Origin: Podarcis vaucheri
Taxonomy: Eukaryota
Reading direction: 5' to 3' (one strand)
Length of the DNA stretch: 64,000 bases
NCBI GenBank assembly: GCA_965113315.1
Contig: OZ220367.1
Numbering within the stretch: position 1 is the first letter of the stretch; every line of letters begins with the position of its first letter. Position numbers and translations under genes: made by a program. Below, piece after piece: positions 14,296 through 24,768 of the stretch. Below the pieces are notes generated by a model. The model did no database searches. It had not been told where the DNA came from and saw only the letters and a program-made list of their open reading frames with translations.

Positions 14296-14627
14296 CAGTG
14301 GTGCCTCGCAAGACGAAAAGAATCCGTTCTGTGATTCTCTTTGTCTAGCGGTTTTTTCCTTGCGAAGCAAGCCCATTGAAGGATTAGTGGATTAGCGCTA
14401 TTAGCGGCTTTTAGCGGCTTATCTGCTGATCGGATCAGCTGATAAGCGGCTTAGCGGCTTAGAAAAGGGGGGGGAGGGAAAAAAACCAGCAGGAACTCGC
14501 AAGACATTGTCGTCTTGCGAAGCAAGCCCATAGGAAATTCGTTTTGCGAAGCACCTCCAAAACGGAAAACTCTTTCGTCTAGTGAGTTTTCCGTCTTGCG
14601 AGGCATTCGTCTTGCGGGGCACCACTG
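14296..14627. mobile_element. Tigger/pogo-like MITE copy 3
   Basis: Same TIR; TA TSD; close reverse complement of copy 2. Confidence 0.9.
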
Positions 14628-15410
14628 TAGTTGTGCTGTATCACTCCCAATTTGGGAGGGCATCCCCTGACCTTCAGGGTTGACTTTTGGAGGGAAAGGA
14701 CAGCCAGGAAATGGTACAAATAGAACTCCACATTCAGTCATTTTGGATCCAAAGTACCGTAATGTCAGAAGCTGCTTTGCACCAGATAAGAATATTCTGT
14801 CATCCTAGACCGCAGCTGCTGACTCTGACTTTCAGCAGCCTTTTGGGGCCACATACAGAAGAATATGGTGAAAAAACGTGCAAGCACATATTTGTTTTCT
14901 TTGTAACTCGGTTTCAAAAGTGGGCCCTAAGTCCTTTTAGACACACAGATTAGTTGTGTAACTACCAGCCAGGTAAAATACAGCGTAACAGAATTAAATC
15001 AGTTGTTTTAAGATTACAATACCTAATTCTTATTTGCCAGAAGGCAATCATAGCGACTGACATAAATAAATAAATAAATCAGTAAAATGCCTGCTTTCAA
15101 GAATTAAATGCACAAATATGGAAGAACAACAGGGGACAGGCTGCCTACTTAATTCCCAGTGTCAAGGGAGGTTCATAAAATACTACATTCTTTCTGGGCA
15201 TGGGTACAAATAAGGTTTACAAGGTACTACTTTCCTAAGCGAGCTATATTATACATTAGGGAAAACATAAATCTTAACAATATTAATTTCCTGATTCAAT
15301 AGGTTTGTGTGTATTTGTTTTTCATGAATGAACACATTTTAGTGCTCTCATATTTTTATGACTTCTAAATTGTTGAGGAACAAGGCCAGTCTTTTTGTGT
15401 GTAGCTACCC

Positions 15411-15746
15411 CTGTGGGTTAAACCACAGGGCCTAGGACTTGCCGATCAGAAGGTCGTGGTTTGAATCCCCGCGACGGGGTGAGCTCCCGTTGCTTGGTCC
15501 CAGCTCCTGCCAACCTAGCAGTTCAAAAGCACGTCAAAGTGCAAGTAGATAAATAGGTACTGCTCTGGCGGGAAGGTAAACAGCATTTCCGTGTGCTGCT
15601 CTGGTTCGCCAGAAGAGGCTTAGTCATGCTGGCACATGACTGGGAAGCTGTACGCCGGCTCCCTTGGCCAGTAAAGCGAGATGAGCACCACAACCCCAGA
15701 GTCGTCCGCGTCTGGACCTAATGGTCAGGGGTCCCTTTTCCTTTAC
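15411..15746 (+). mobile_element. Sauria SINE, nearly full length
   Basis: High similarity to copies at 8873 and 26864. Confidence 0.88.
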
Positions 15747-15996
15747 TTCTGGAACATAAAAACACGTACTTAAGTAACATTCTGGTTGCTTCTCCAATTC
15801 TGTATAGATGATAACCTAGAATCTTCTTGGGCATCTGTTGACATTGAATCTTGTCTATGATAGCACCTCTCATAATACATTCCTTCGCCCATAGCACCAA
15901 ACGCAGCAAAAAGTTCTGTGGCACCTAGAACAGTCATTATGGAATATAAAAAATTCCTTCCAGTAGCACCTTAAAGACCAACTAAGTTAGTTCTTG

Positions 15997-16034
15997 GTAT
16001 GAGCTTTCGTGTGCATGCACACTTCTTCAGATAC
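15997..16034 (-). ncRNA. Minimal hammerhead ribozyme motif, antisense arm
   Basis: GUAU-CUGAAGA-A-GUGUGCAUGCACAC-GAAA-GCUC-AUAC on the minus strand. Confidence 0.75.
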
Positions 16035-16279
16035 ACTGAAACAGAAGTTGCCAGATCCTTCTATATAGTGAGAAGGTGGGGAGGGGTATTACTCAGAAGG
16101 GTGGTGGGAATGGGAGATTGGCAGATAGCTGAGATGAGCCTGTTGACGACTCTTAAGATGAGCTTGTTGATGACTCTCATCTCAGCTATCTGCCAATCTC
16201 CCATTCCCACCACCCTTCTGAGTAATACCCCTCCCCACCTTCTCACTATATAGAAGGGTCTGGCAATTTCTGTTTCAGT

Positions 16280-16317
16280 GTATCTGAAGAAGTGTGCATG
16301 CACACGAAAGCTCATAT
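16280..16317 (+). ncRNA. Minimal type I hammerhead ribozyme motif (PLE-associated)
   Basis: GUAU-CUGAAGA-A-GUGUG(CAUG)CACAC-GAAA-GCUC-AUAU: core boxes, stem II, palindromic AGCU stem III, short stem I. Confidence 0.75.
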
Positions 16318-18307
16318 CAAGAACTAACTTAGTTGGTCTTTAAGGTGCTACTGGAAGGAATTTTTTATTTTGACTATGGCAGACCAACACGGCTACCTAT
16401 CTGTATTATGGAATATGACACCGAACCTTAGGAATCACGGGAAAGTTGTTTGTTTTATACGGTTTGGCAGAGATGGTGTTTCTGAGTTATGTCTGTGAGA
16501 TGGCTAGTAAACAACAGCTTCAGAACAGACTCCTCCTGCTTGCTACCAAGGGGGGAAATTTCTGTCAAGGTGAAGTTATATCAACCACCTCAGTGGATGA
16601 AGCTTTTTTCCTTGGCTCTTCAGAAGTCCCCGCTAAACAGCGAGTATTTACATAAGGATTAAACACTGATGATCTTCCAGGAAAGGGAAATCACATTTTC
16701 AGGATCTAGTTAACAAAATTATAATGTCACTATGATTACTGCCCAGATGTTTTTTTCTAATATATATCCAGGAACAAATGATGGCGTGGCCTGGAAAGCC
16801 CAAGCCTTTGCAAGATTTATTGTGAAGATGGATATGAAATTCCAGAATGCAGGAAGTGTTCTAGCTGGAGTACTGGAACTGGAGCAGATTTTTGCACATG
16901 ACACTGAAGACTATGGAACAATCTCACTTAAACTGAAGAATCATTTTGCTTGTTCCCAGGAGTACAAAACCTTTTTCGTTAGGGGCATTTGATTCCCCCC
17001 CTGACATTGATTCGTCTTAAGTGGCCGGCATTTTATGATTAAAGCTGTTGATTCTCTAGTTTAATTGTTTATTGTTGCAAGCCACATTGCACACATACTG
17101 GAAAATGAGATATAGATCTTCGAAATAAATGAGTCTGGAAGCCGATTAATGTGGCTTAGCTCCTTTGTAAATTGCAGCCAAGTACGTACTGCTTAAAGGA
17201 CTCTGCTTGATAACTCTGGGGTTTGTACTGTGGATTTTCCAGGGCAGATCCCTCTTTGAAGACTGAGGAAGCTGGGCTGTAAATGTTCCACTGGCCCAGT
17301 GCTCTTTCTGGCAGGCCAATCCACCCCCCAGGGAAGGAGGGTGCGCAGGCTTTTCCCATAGCATCTTCTCAGTCTTAAAAGTGCTGGTCTACTAATTCAG
17401 ATTTTTTTAATTCCGACTAACGCAGCCCCCCTTATAGCAGTTATGCTTTTAAAGTTTATGATGCTTTCTTAAAGTTAAAATAAGATGCATAATTTTAACC
17501 AATAGAATCTTAAGTGTGTAGTGCAGCAGCAACTTATTTTGATTGCCTCCCAAAGTAAAAATAGATCTGCCTGCATTGTATTGGGACAAAGCAGGCGCTT
17601 ACTAGTTTAATTTTTTCTCTCCTGTGGAGCATTTCAGAATGTGTTTGGCAACTGAGATTCCATAGCGAAGCTGGAAAACAGTGAGCTACTTGAGTCATAA
17701 AACGTAATTGAGTTGAAAACTTAATTAACATACTTTTGTGGGAGTTGGACACTTGGGGAGTTTATGGTATTTTGCTCAATGCAAGTTTCCCTTCGCATAT
17801 GTGTTTGAGGAACTTCATACTAGCTCTGATTGCAGTCCCTCTGAAATAAGTGTTCTGGAATAATTTATTCCATCACAAAGTGCTTCATGTAGAATAAAAT
17901 GGCTCTTCGTGTAAATTTGAAGAACCCATTTACAAGGTATGCACAGTTAACTAAACTGAGTGTTCTAAATGCTAAAAACTGTGTTGCTTTCAGCAGGCAG
18001 AGGTGTTGAGTTGTGTGAGCAGTTGAGAACCTGGTGGTGAATTGTTGGAGAAGGGGGTGCCTTGTTTTGCCATGGGTGGCAGGGACACAGGGTTTTGGAG
18101 AAAAGTCGAGTAGTAGGAGCAACTCTGATAACTCCTTGCTTTGTTCTTGGGGTGGCTCTAGGGTAGGCTTGCTTCTAGCATGCAGCAGTGGGCATCACCA
18201 GGAGACATTGGACGTCAGGTGTTGGCAATCCAACATGGGTATCAAGTATGAGACAACAGCCTCCTGGTTCTTCTGTGTCTACTCCTTCAGAGACTGGAAA
18301 TATTTTT

Positions 18308-18516
18308 AGATTCAGGTAGGTAGCCGTGTTGGTCTGACGCAGTCGAAATATATTAAAAAAACAAAAAAAATGTCCAGTAGCACCTTAGAGACTGCTAAGT
18401 TTGTTCTTGGTATAAGCTTTCATGTGCATGTACACTTCTTCAGATACACGAAAGCTTATACCCAGGACAAACTTAGTTGGCCTGTAAGGTGCTACTGGAC
18501 AATTTTCTTATACATT
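18308..18516. mobile_element. Short, more diverged Penelope-like fold-back insertion; hammerhead motif at 18410-18447 (-)
   Basis: GTAGCCGTGTTGGTCTG end; inverted CCAGTAGCACCTTA / TAAGGTGCTACTGG; 13-bp TSD tggaaatattttt. Confidence 0.75.
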
Positions 18517-20117
18517 TGGAAATATTTTTGTTTAAGAAAAAGTAGGTTGGCCACATGCACTACTAATATATTGCTGTTGGAGGGTGAATATGGCACGCGC
18601 ACACAAAAAAGAATTTAGCTACCCTTGCGATATAGCATACAGTTTTCATCTTAGGGCGAGTTACTTTTGCAATGCAAGCCGTTGGTCCTGGCTTGATGCA
18701 AGGCAATTCTATGTTGTGCAGCGGGAAGGAGAAGACACCTTCTCCTCCTTGCCTCTTAACACACTCAAGCAGGCCATCATGATTTTTGCATGATGTCACG
18801 GTCCACACCTCTTTGGGTGCGGATGGGGAAAAGAAGTGCAAAAGCCAGAGGTCTGGTATAAGGCGTGAGAGGGAGGCAGGCGCATGTGCTTCCTGTCTCT
18901 CTCCCTTTCAGTAGGAGAAAGGAAGCTCCTGTGTCAAAAAGGCACGTGCAGAATTGATTAAAATAAGGGCATCATTCCCTCCTGTTACTTTCTATTGCTG
19001 AATTTTGGTCTCTTTTAAAACTTGGGTGCGCTTTTTATTGTCCTTTTCTCTATGGTATTCATCAGAGGCCAAAAAAGGGGTTAGTGTTAACACTCATGAA
19101 TGATCACAGTGTTAACCTTTGTAAATTCCCTCTTGGTTTATGTCGGTAACTTTAGCAGCCAGGCGATGAGAATTGCAAAAACACTTTTGGAAATCAGACG
19201 AAATGGGTGATGCCGGAGTAGTTTGGTTTTTTGTTTTTTTTAAAACGTGTGTTTTCTTTTAATAGTGAATGGAATATATTCACAAGAATATATAGGACTT
19301 GATTACCAAACTCCTGATTTTAACATGCCAATTCTCATCCTTCCAGTAATGGTTAAGAACCATTCGTTCAGACAAGCGATCATACTGTAGATAGATAAAT
19401 AAATAGATGGATCTGTTGTTACCATGGGTGTGCCGAGATAGCTGGGATTCAGAATTCATTTTTGGCTCATGAAAATTTGAAAATAAAATTTCATAAAAGC
19501 ATGAATGACTTCACAAGTGTTCTCTCTCCATTTCAGCCCCCTGTTCCCTGGTTAAGCATTTATTCAGTAAAGCCTAGTTCTCTGGAGACATGAGCACCAT
19601 TCAAAGCTTCTTTTCTCTTTCCCCTTTGCCCTGGACCAGCCAGCTCTGCTGCTGGATAAATAGTTTTCTTTGATACTTCCAACCTCTCTGCTGCCCGCCC
19701 TTAACATATGGATGATGTAACCTCTTGTGGAGTTTTAACCAACCTTGTCTAAAAGGCATTGTGTTCAAGCTATTACAGTTCTCTTCCATAAATAATGAAG
19801 GCATTTAAAGGCTAAGTGTTCTGATGGATGTCACACTAATTTCGAACCATTTTTTTAATGCTCTGGGGCCGTCATTATTCTCCCTAATGGACACTTTTGT
19901 CATTCTGTACAGGAAACAGCAACCGAGACAGGGTTGACAAGTCTGCAGTTGCAATCATATTTACAACATAGTGTAAATAAAAAAAAAATAAAAACCACTT
20001 TTATTTGTTCTGAAGTTTGCAGGTCTGCCAATCAGGTTATTCAAGTGGTTTCAACTTTTTTTCAACTTTGAGAACCCTTCTTCAAGATGGCAGAAAGATT
20101 TTGTAATCCAGTCAGGT

Positions 20118-20350
20118 CCCATAGCTCAGTGGTTGTGTGTGTGTGTGTGTGTGTGTATGTGCTGTGCAACCAGAGGATCCCTGGATCAAGCCTTGGTATC
20201 TCCACTTAGAAGGGTTAGGTAGTGGCAAGGTTGAGAGAGACCCCAGTCTGATATCTTGGAGGGCCACTGCTAGTCAGAGGAGACTGCTGGGCTGCATGGA
20301 CCAGTAGTATGACCCACCTTAAGAGAGTAATCAGCCCCTTATGTGGCTCA
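20118..20350 (+). mobile_element. Old tRNA(Ala)-like SINE remnant with internal (TG)n expansion
   Basis: TAGCTCAGTGG A box; degenerate B box followed by ATCTCCA; body related to remnants near 6.1, 11.0, 37.7, 61.7-61.9 and 63.0 kb. Confidence 0.5.
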
Positions 20351-20542
20351 TACAGAGTCTTGAACCAATATTTCTCAAATGCCTTGAACTTTAGTTCCTA
20401 TTCTGAATTCACTGTACGTCCAAGGACCTTGCAAACCCTTCAATAATAGTCTCTATTGTAGGGTAAGAGTGGAGATTCCTGCGGTCCTCCCTGCAGCTGC
20501 GTATGGCCATCTGTGGGTTGGGGTAGTTGGGTATTAAATATA

Positions 20543-20711
20543 CCATATTTTTTGCACCATAACACTCACTTTTTTCCTCCTAAAAAGTAAGGGGAAATGT
20601 CTGTGCGTGTTATGGAAGGAATGCCTACGGGTGGCATGCCTGCAGATTTTCCTCCTCTAAAAACTATGTGCGTGTTATGGTTGGGTGCGTGTTATAGAGC
20701 GAAAAATACGG
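20543..20711. mobile_element. Tc2-like MITE, short internal-deletion variant of the 10412 element
   Basis: Both ends near-identical to 10412-10774; TA TSD. Confidence 0.85.
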
Positions 20712-21096
20712 TAGCTTCAGCATTGACTCTTCCCTTTTTCCTGCACTACTTGTGCCCTCTTATGCTCAGCTGAGTGGCAGACATTTCTTCTGAAGGACAT
20801 GAATGAAACGGCTTCTTTTGCAGGGTCTGTGCCCAGAACTCAAGTCGGGGGCGGTCTAGAACCCACACATCTCTCATGGAGGCCCAGATCTAAGTTTCAG
20901 AATCTAGACTGCACACTGTTGACAGCCTCCCTTTTTAACAACTCACTGAAGGTGGAGTTTAAGAAGGGATGAACACTACTGAGTGCTTCTTAAGGGTGGG
21001 GTATAACACTTCAGATTAGTAAACAGGACATTTCTTAATAACCTCTGTGTGTCATTTGTGTGCATGCTTTTTTCGTAGCGTTTTTCATGTAGAACA

Positions 21097-21911
21097 CAGA
21101 GGTTTTCAAACTCTGGTTTGTGGACCATGGTGGTCCTGTGGCTCCATTCAGATGGTTTGTAGAAAGTCTTGAATATCTGTACAGTGGTGCCTCGCAAGAC
21201 GAAATTAATTCGTTCCGCAAGTTTTTTCTTCTTGCGAGTTTTTCGTCTTGCGAAGCACGGTTTCCCATAGGAATGCATTGAAAATCAATCAATGCGTTCC
21301 TATGGAGACCGTCGGGGACAGAGGGGAAGCGCCGCGGGCCTTCCCCTCTGTCCCCGGACCTGTTTTAAAGCAAGGGAAGGGGCAGCGGGGAGAATCGCTT
21401 CTCCCCGTTGCCGCCCCTTGGTTCAAAAGGGGTCCGGGGAGAGAGGGGAAGGCACGGGCGCGCCTTCCCCTCTGTCCCCAGAGATTGCGGGGCTGGCAAC
21501 GGGGAGAAGCGATCTTCTCCCCGCCGCCCCTTGCTTCAAAAGAGGTCCGGGGTGCGGGGGCAAGCTTCGTTTTGCGAAGCAAGCCCATAGGGAAATTCGT
21601 CTTGCGAAGCAACTCGAAAACGAAAAAACCTTTCATCTTGCGAGTTTTCCGTCTCGCGAGGCGTTCGTCTTGCGGGGTACCACTGTACTTGAACTGACAC
21701 ATTATTGATTCTCTCATTACAATGGAGGGTGAGACTGTGATTTTCCAAGTAAGTCCCCTGGTTTTGACAGTGATGCTGGTACCCACTCATACCCATGATG
21801 TTTAATCCATAAACGGAAGCGGGTGTGTGTTCTAAAATGTAGAACAATGTTTCCTACATAGTCTCGAAGTATCAAAGTGAACCGTGGGAGAAAGAAGTTT
21901 GAGAACCATTG
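21097..21911. mobile_element. Old hAT-like element hosting MITE copy 4
   Basis: CAGAGGTTTTCAAACT...AGTTTGAGAACCATTG termini; right end GAGAAAGAAGTTTGAGAAC shared with 6372-6631. Confidence 0.45.
21182..21685. mobile_element. Tigger/pogo-like MITE copy 4 with GC-rich hairpin core
   Basis: Same TIR family; TA TSD; 504 bp. Confidence 0.9.
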
Positions 21912-23626
21912 ATAGACTCACCAACCAAGGGAGTCCTGCACCGAAGTCATCAGGAGCCAGGGAACATGATTGAGCACCTACAAGATCCCGGTTTTGTTTG
22001 TTTTAAGGCCATGCTGAGAAGTAAACATTTATACGAGAAATAAAATATGGGTTTAAATATGTTAGGCTGCCTTATTTTGCAGCATTCCACACATAGCTCA
22101 CACGATGAGAGCATGGGGGGAAGCACAGCCCTTCAGGAACAAACTCTCCCCATAGCTTGGCCTTCACCTCAATTCATCAGGAAGAGCCGCCCTAGTTTGA
22201 GAAGAGGCTGCAGCAGCCCACCGGCTGTGGAGTGGTTTCTGGTGAAGGACTTGAAGTTTTACAACTACGCTTGACTTGTCCTTTGAAAACTCACAGAACA
22301 CCGATGCTAATAATTTCTTATGTGGCACACCAACCTCTGTTGGTGTATATGGCAGCGTTTCAGTTAACATGTGCAAATATTATAATCATTTTCCACAACT
22401 AGTGACTGAGTCACAATGCTTTTTGGCTCTTTTTGCTGCTGTTGCAATAAGTCAACAGGCAGGATTCGAAGAACCACAAAAGCTCAATTCAGTGAGCCAA
22501 AGTGGGTGGGTGGATGTGTGTGAGAGAGAATTTAGATTTGTTTTTCCTCATTTAGCTTTCCCGCCTCCAAAAGAGGGACTGCACGACAAACTGCTTTTGG
22601 AATTGAGGAAAGTTTCAAAAGCAGGTTGTGCTATAGGTGTCAAAGAAGTATTAACCTCTTGTGTGAGTCTGAGCAACTCTTTCAATCCCAGCCCTTGAAT
22701 TTCACTATTGGCCTCCGTTGGTCGCTATTATTTCATAGAATCGTAGAGCTGGGAGGGACCCAAAGGTCATCAAGTCCAATCCCTGCAGTGCAAAGCAGAA
22801 CCCTTTTCTACTGGACTCTTTATGTAAGGCCCTTTGATGTGACTTTTTCGGCTGGGTGCTGTTTGAAACAGAACAATCTAGATGGGCCTTTTCTTTAGAC
22901 TGATCAAGGTGTTACTGTCACGCGATAACTGATTGTGGAAGTTGTGGGATCAGCGTGAAATTTCTTAGTGCTATTGGCTGGAAATGAGTCATTGGGAACG
23001 AGGCAGAATGAATTATGAAAATTAAACAAATATGTGCGGTTTCTTAATTTATTAATATTAATAATTATTATTTAAACAATTTATATACCAGTTAACTGCA
23101 ATAGTCTCTAAGCAGTTTGCAAAGATACAATACAAAAAAATGGTTAAAACTATAAAATCAAACTCCAATGGAAATGCCGGCGGGATTAAAAAAGAAGTTT
23201 TCAGTAGGGAGGGCACCTCTCTGAGCTCGACTGGAAGGCAGTTCCATGCATTGATGTTATTCAAGTTGCACCATTGAGCTTTATTGGATAGGATTGTTTT
23301 TGTGGGGGAGTGGGACAATAATAGCAGAGAAGGTTATGATCATCTCCTTTCTAACTAGCCCCCATGTAAACAGCTGCATTCAGTTGGGTGGGGAGGGTTC
23401 CTAAATGGTCTTGAGATGTGCACTTCCTTTCCAAGCTTAATCACCCTTTCATGGAAGCACATAACTTGAGTTTGAAAGTGCAGGCCTTTTCCTCTTAATG
23501 TAAAACGTCGCTCTATAGGATGGTCCTATATAACCCTTATATAGAGACATCCTAGCAGTAATGTGCCTTTTGAAGAGACGGGATGGGGAATCCAATGTCT
23601 GAGACATGATAGTTGCCATAGTTGTA

Positions 23627-23632
23627 TTTATT
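23627..23632 (-). terminator. Candidate HTR2B polyadenylation signal AATAAA
   Basis: AATAAA on the minus strand about 250 nt after the stop; another candidate at 23280-23285. Confidence 0.3.
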
Positions 23633-23878
23633 TGAACACGACACCTCTGTTTTGTAAACCGCTGTGCTCAAATACTTTTTTTTTTTGGTAGCAGGATAAA
23701 TTGCTGATAAATAAGAATAAATGAAGGTGGCCCTTTGAGTGAGAGAAGCCTCTACTCTTAGGGGAGAGCAGTTGATAAAACTATAATTTGGACTTGTATA
23801 AATAACAGATGGGAACCACATATACATACTGGGCATTTATCAGTGAGTTTAGGGTATGGCATGGCCTTTTCTCTTCAG

Positions 23879-24768
23879 CTATACATAGCTGACTTGTTCT
23901 TCTGTTTTACCAACTTCATTCTCTGTGAGTAGCAGTGTATCCAGCAGTATGGCCGACGGAGACTGGATGGGCGAGGTGCGAAGCCGATGGCTTTGGTACA
24001 TGACTGGATTAATCCCATTCCGCATTCCGTGGTGCATCATGAAAAGTTTTGAGTTCTCTGCCACGGAATTTCTGAACGAGAGCCTGCTGGAGCACTTCCG
24101 AATGGCGGATCCGGGCGTAGAGGTCTGGTAATTGCAAGTGATATATCTGCCAAATGCCTCCCTGAATGTCCTGTTGAAGAGCGTATAGACCAGTGGGTTC
24201 ACGCCTGACGAAACATACCCTATCCAGACAAATATCTCCATAAGTGTTTGGATAAACTCCTTGCGGCAGGACGTGCACAGAACGGAAGTGATGTTGGTTA
24301 TGAAGAACGGGCACCACATCAACAAAAAGAGGAAGAATACAATACCCAAGACCTTGGAGGCCCGCTGTTCATTGGTAATAGTCTGTTCCGACTTTTTCCC
24401 GACTGTAGACATCCTGCGCATTAGCAGTTCTTCATTCCCGTTAGGCAAAGGCCTGTCCTTTTTGGAGTTGTCCAACATGGCCACTTTTTCCGGTGATGAT
24501 CCGGGCGTCATATCCCTCTGGAATACCGTGGACACCGTGCTCCAGGTAAAGCGCTGGGGCAGTTTGTTGATCAAGTAGGCTTTCTTGCGCAAAACTCTGA
24601 TGGTCAGGAAGTAAGTGACCACCATGATGGCCAGCGGGACGAAGAAGGCAGCCACCGAACCATAGAGCATGAAGTCTCCAAAACGCTCCGGTGTCAGCAC
24701 ACAGGTGAAGTTTGGGAAGTTTTCAACACCTTCTTCTATGCCACGGATCGGGATCGGGATCGCAATGC
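23879..24768 (-). CDS. HTR2B: HTR2B last coding exon (ECL2, TM5-TM7, C-tail)
   Basis: ttcccctacag acceptor; (G)IAIPIPIRG...[17 protein letters not shown]...WCPFF...NPLVY...EEQVSYV-stop (PDZ ligand typical of 5-HT2B); three exons total 1389 nt = 462 aa plus stop. Confidence 0.97.

Larger units (their letters stand above)
15948..16404. mobile_element. Penelope-like element remnant with inverted (fold-back) terminal repeat
   Basis: 193-bp inverted arms 15946-16138 / 16176-16368 (about 3 mismatches); 12-bp TSD attatggaatat; hammerhead cores; same family at 18.3 and 45.1 kb. Confidence 0.8.

Noticed and set aside
15999-16315. Two near-identical 84-aa ORFs on opposite strands
   Set aside because: A consequence of the palindrome, not a gene pair.
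21248-21847. Several overlapping 100-165 aa ORFs
   Set aside because: Produced by the GC-rich, stop-poor MITE core; no transposase motifs.
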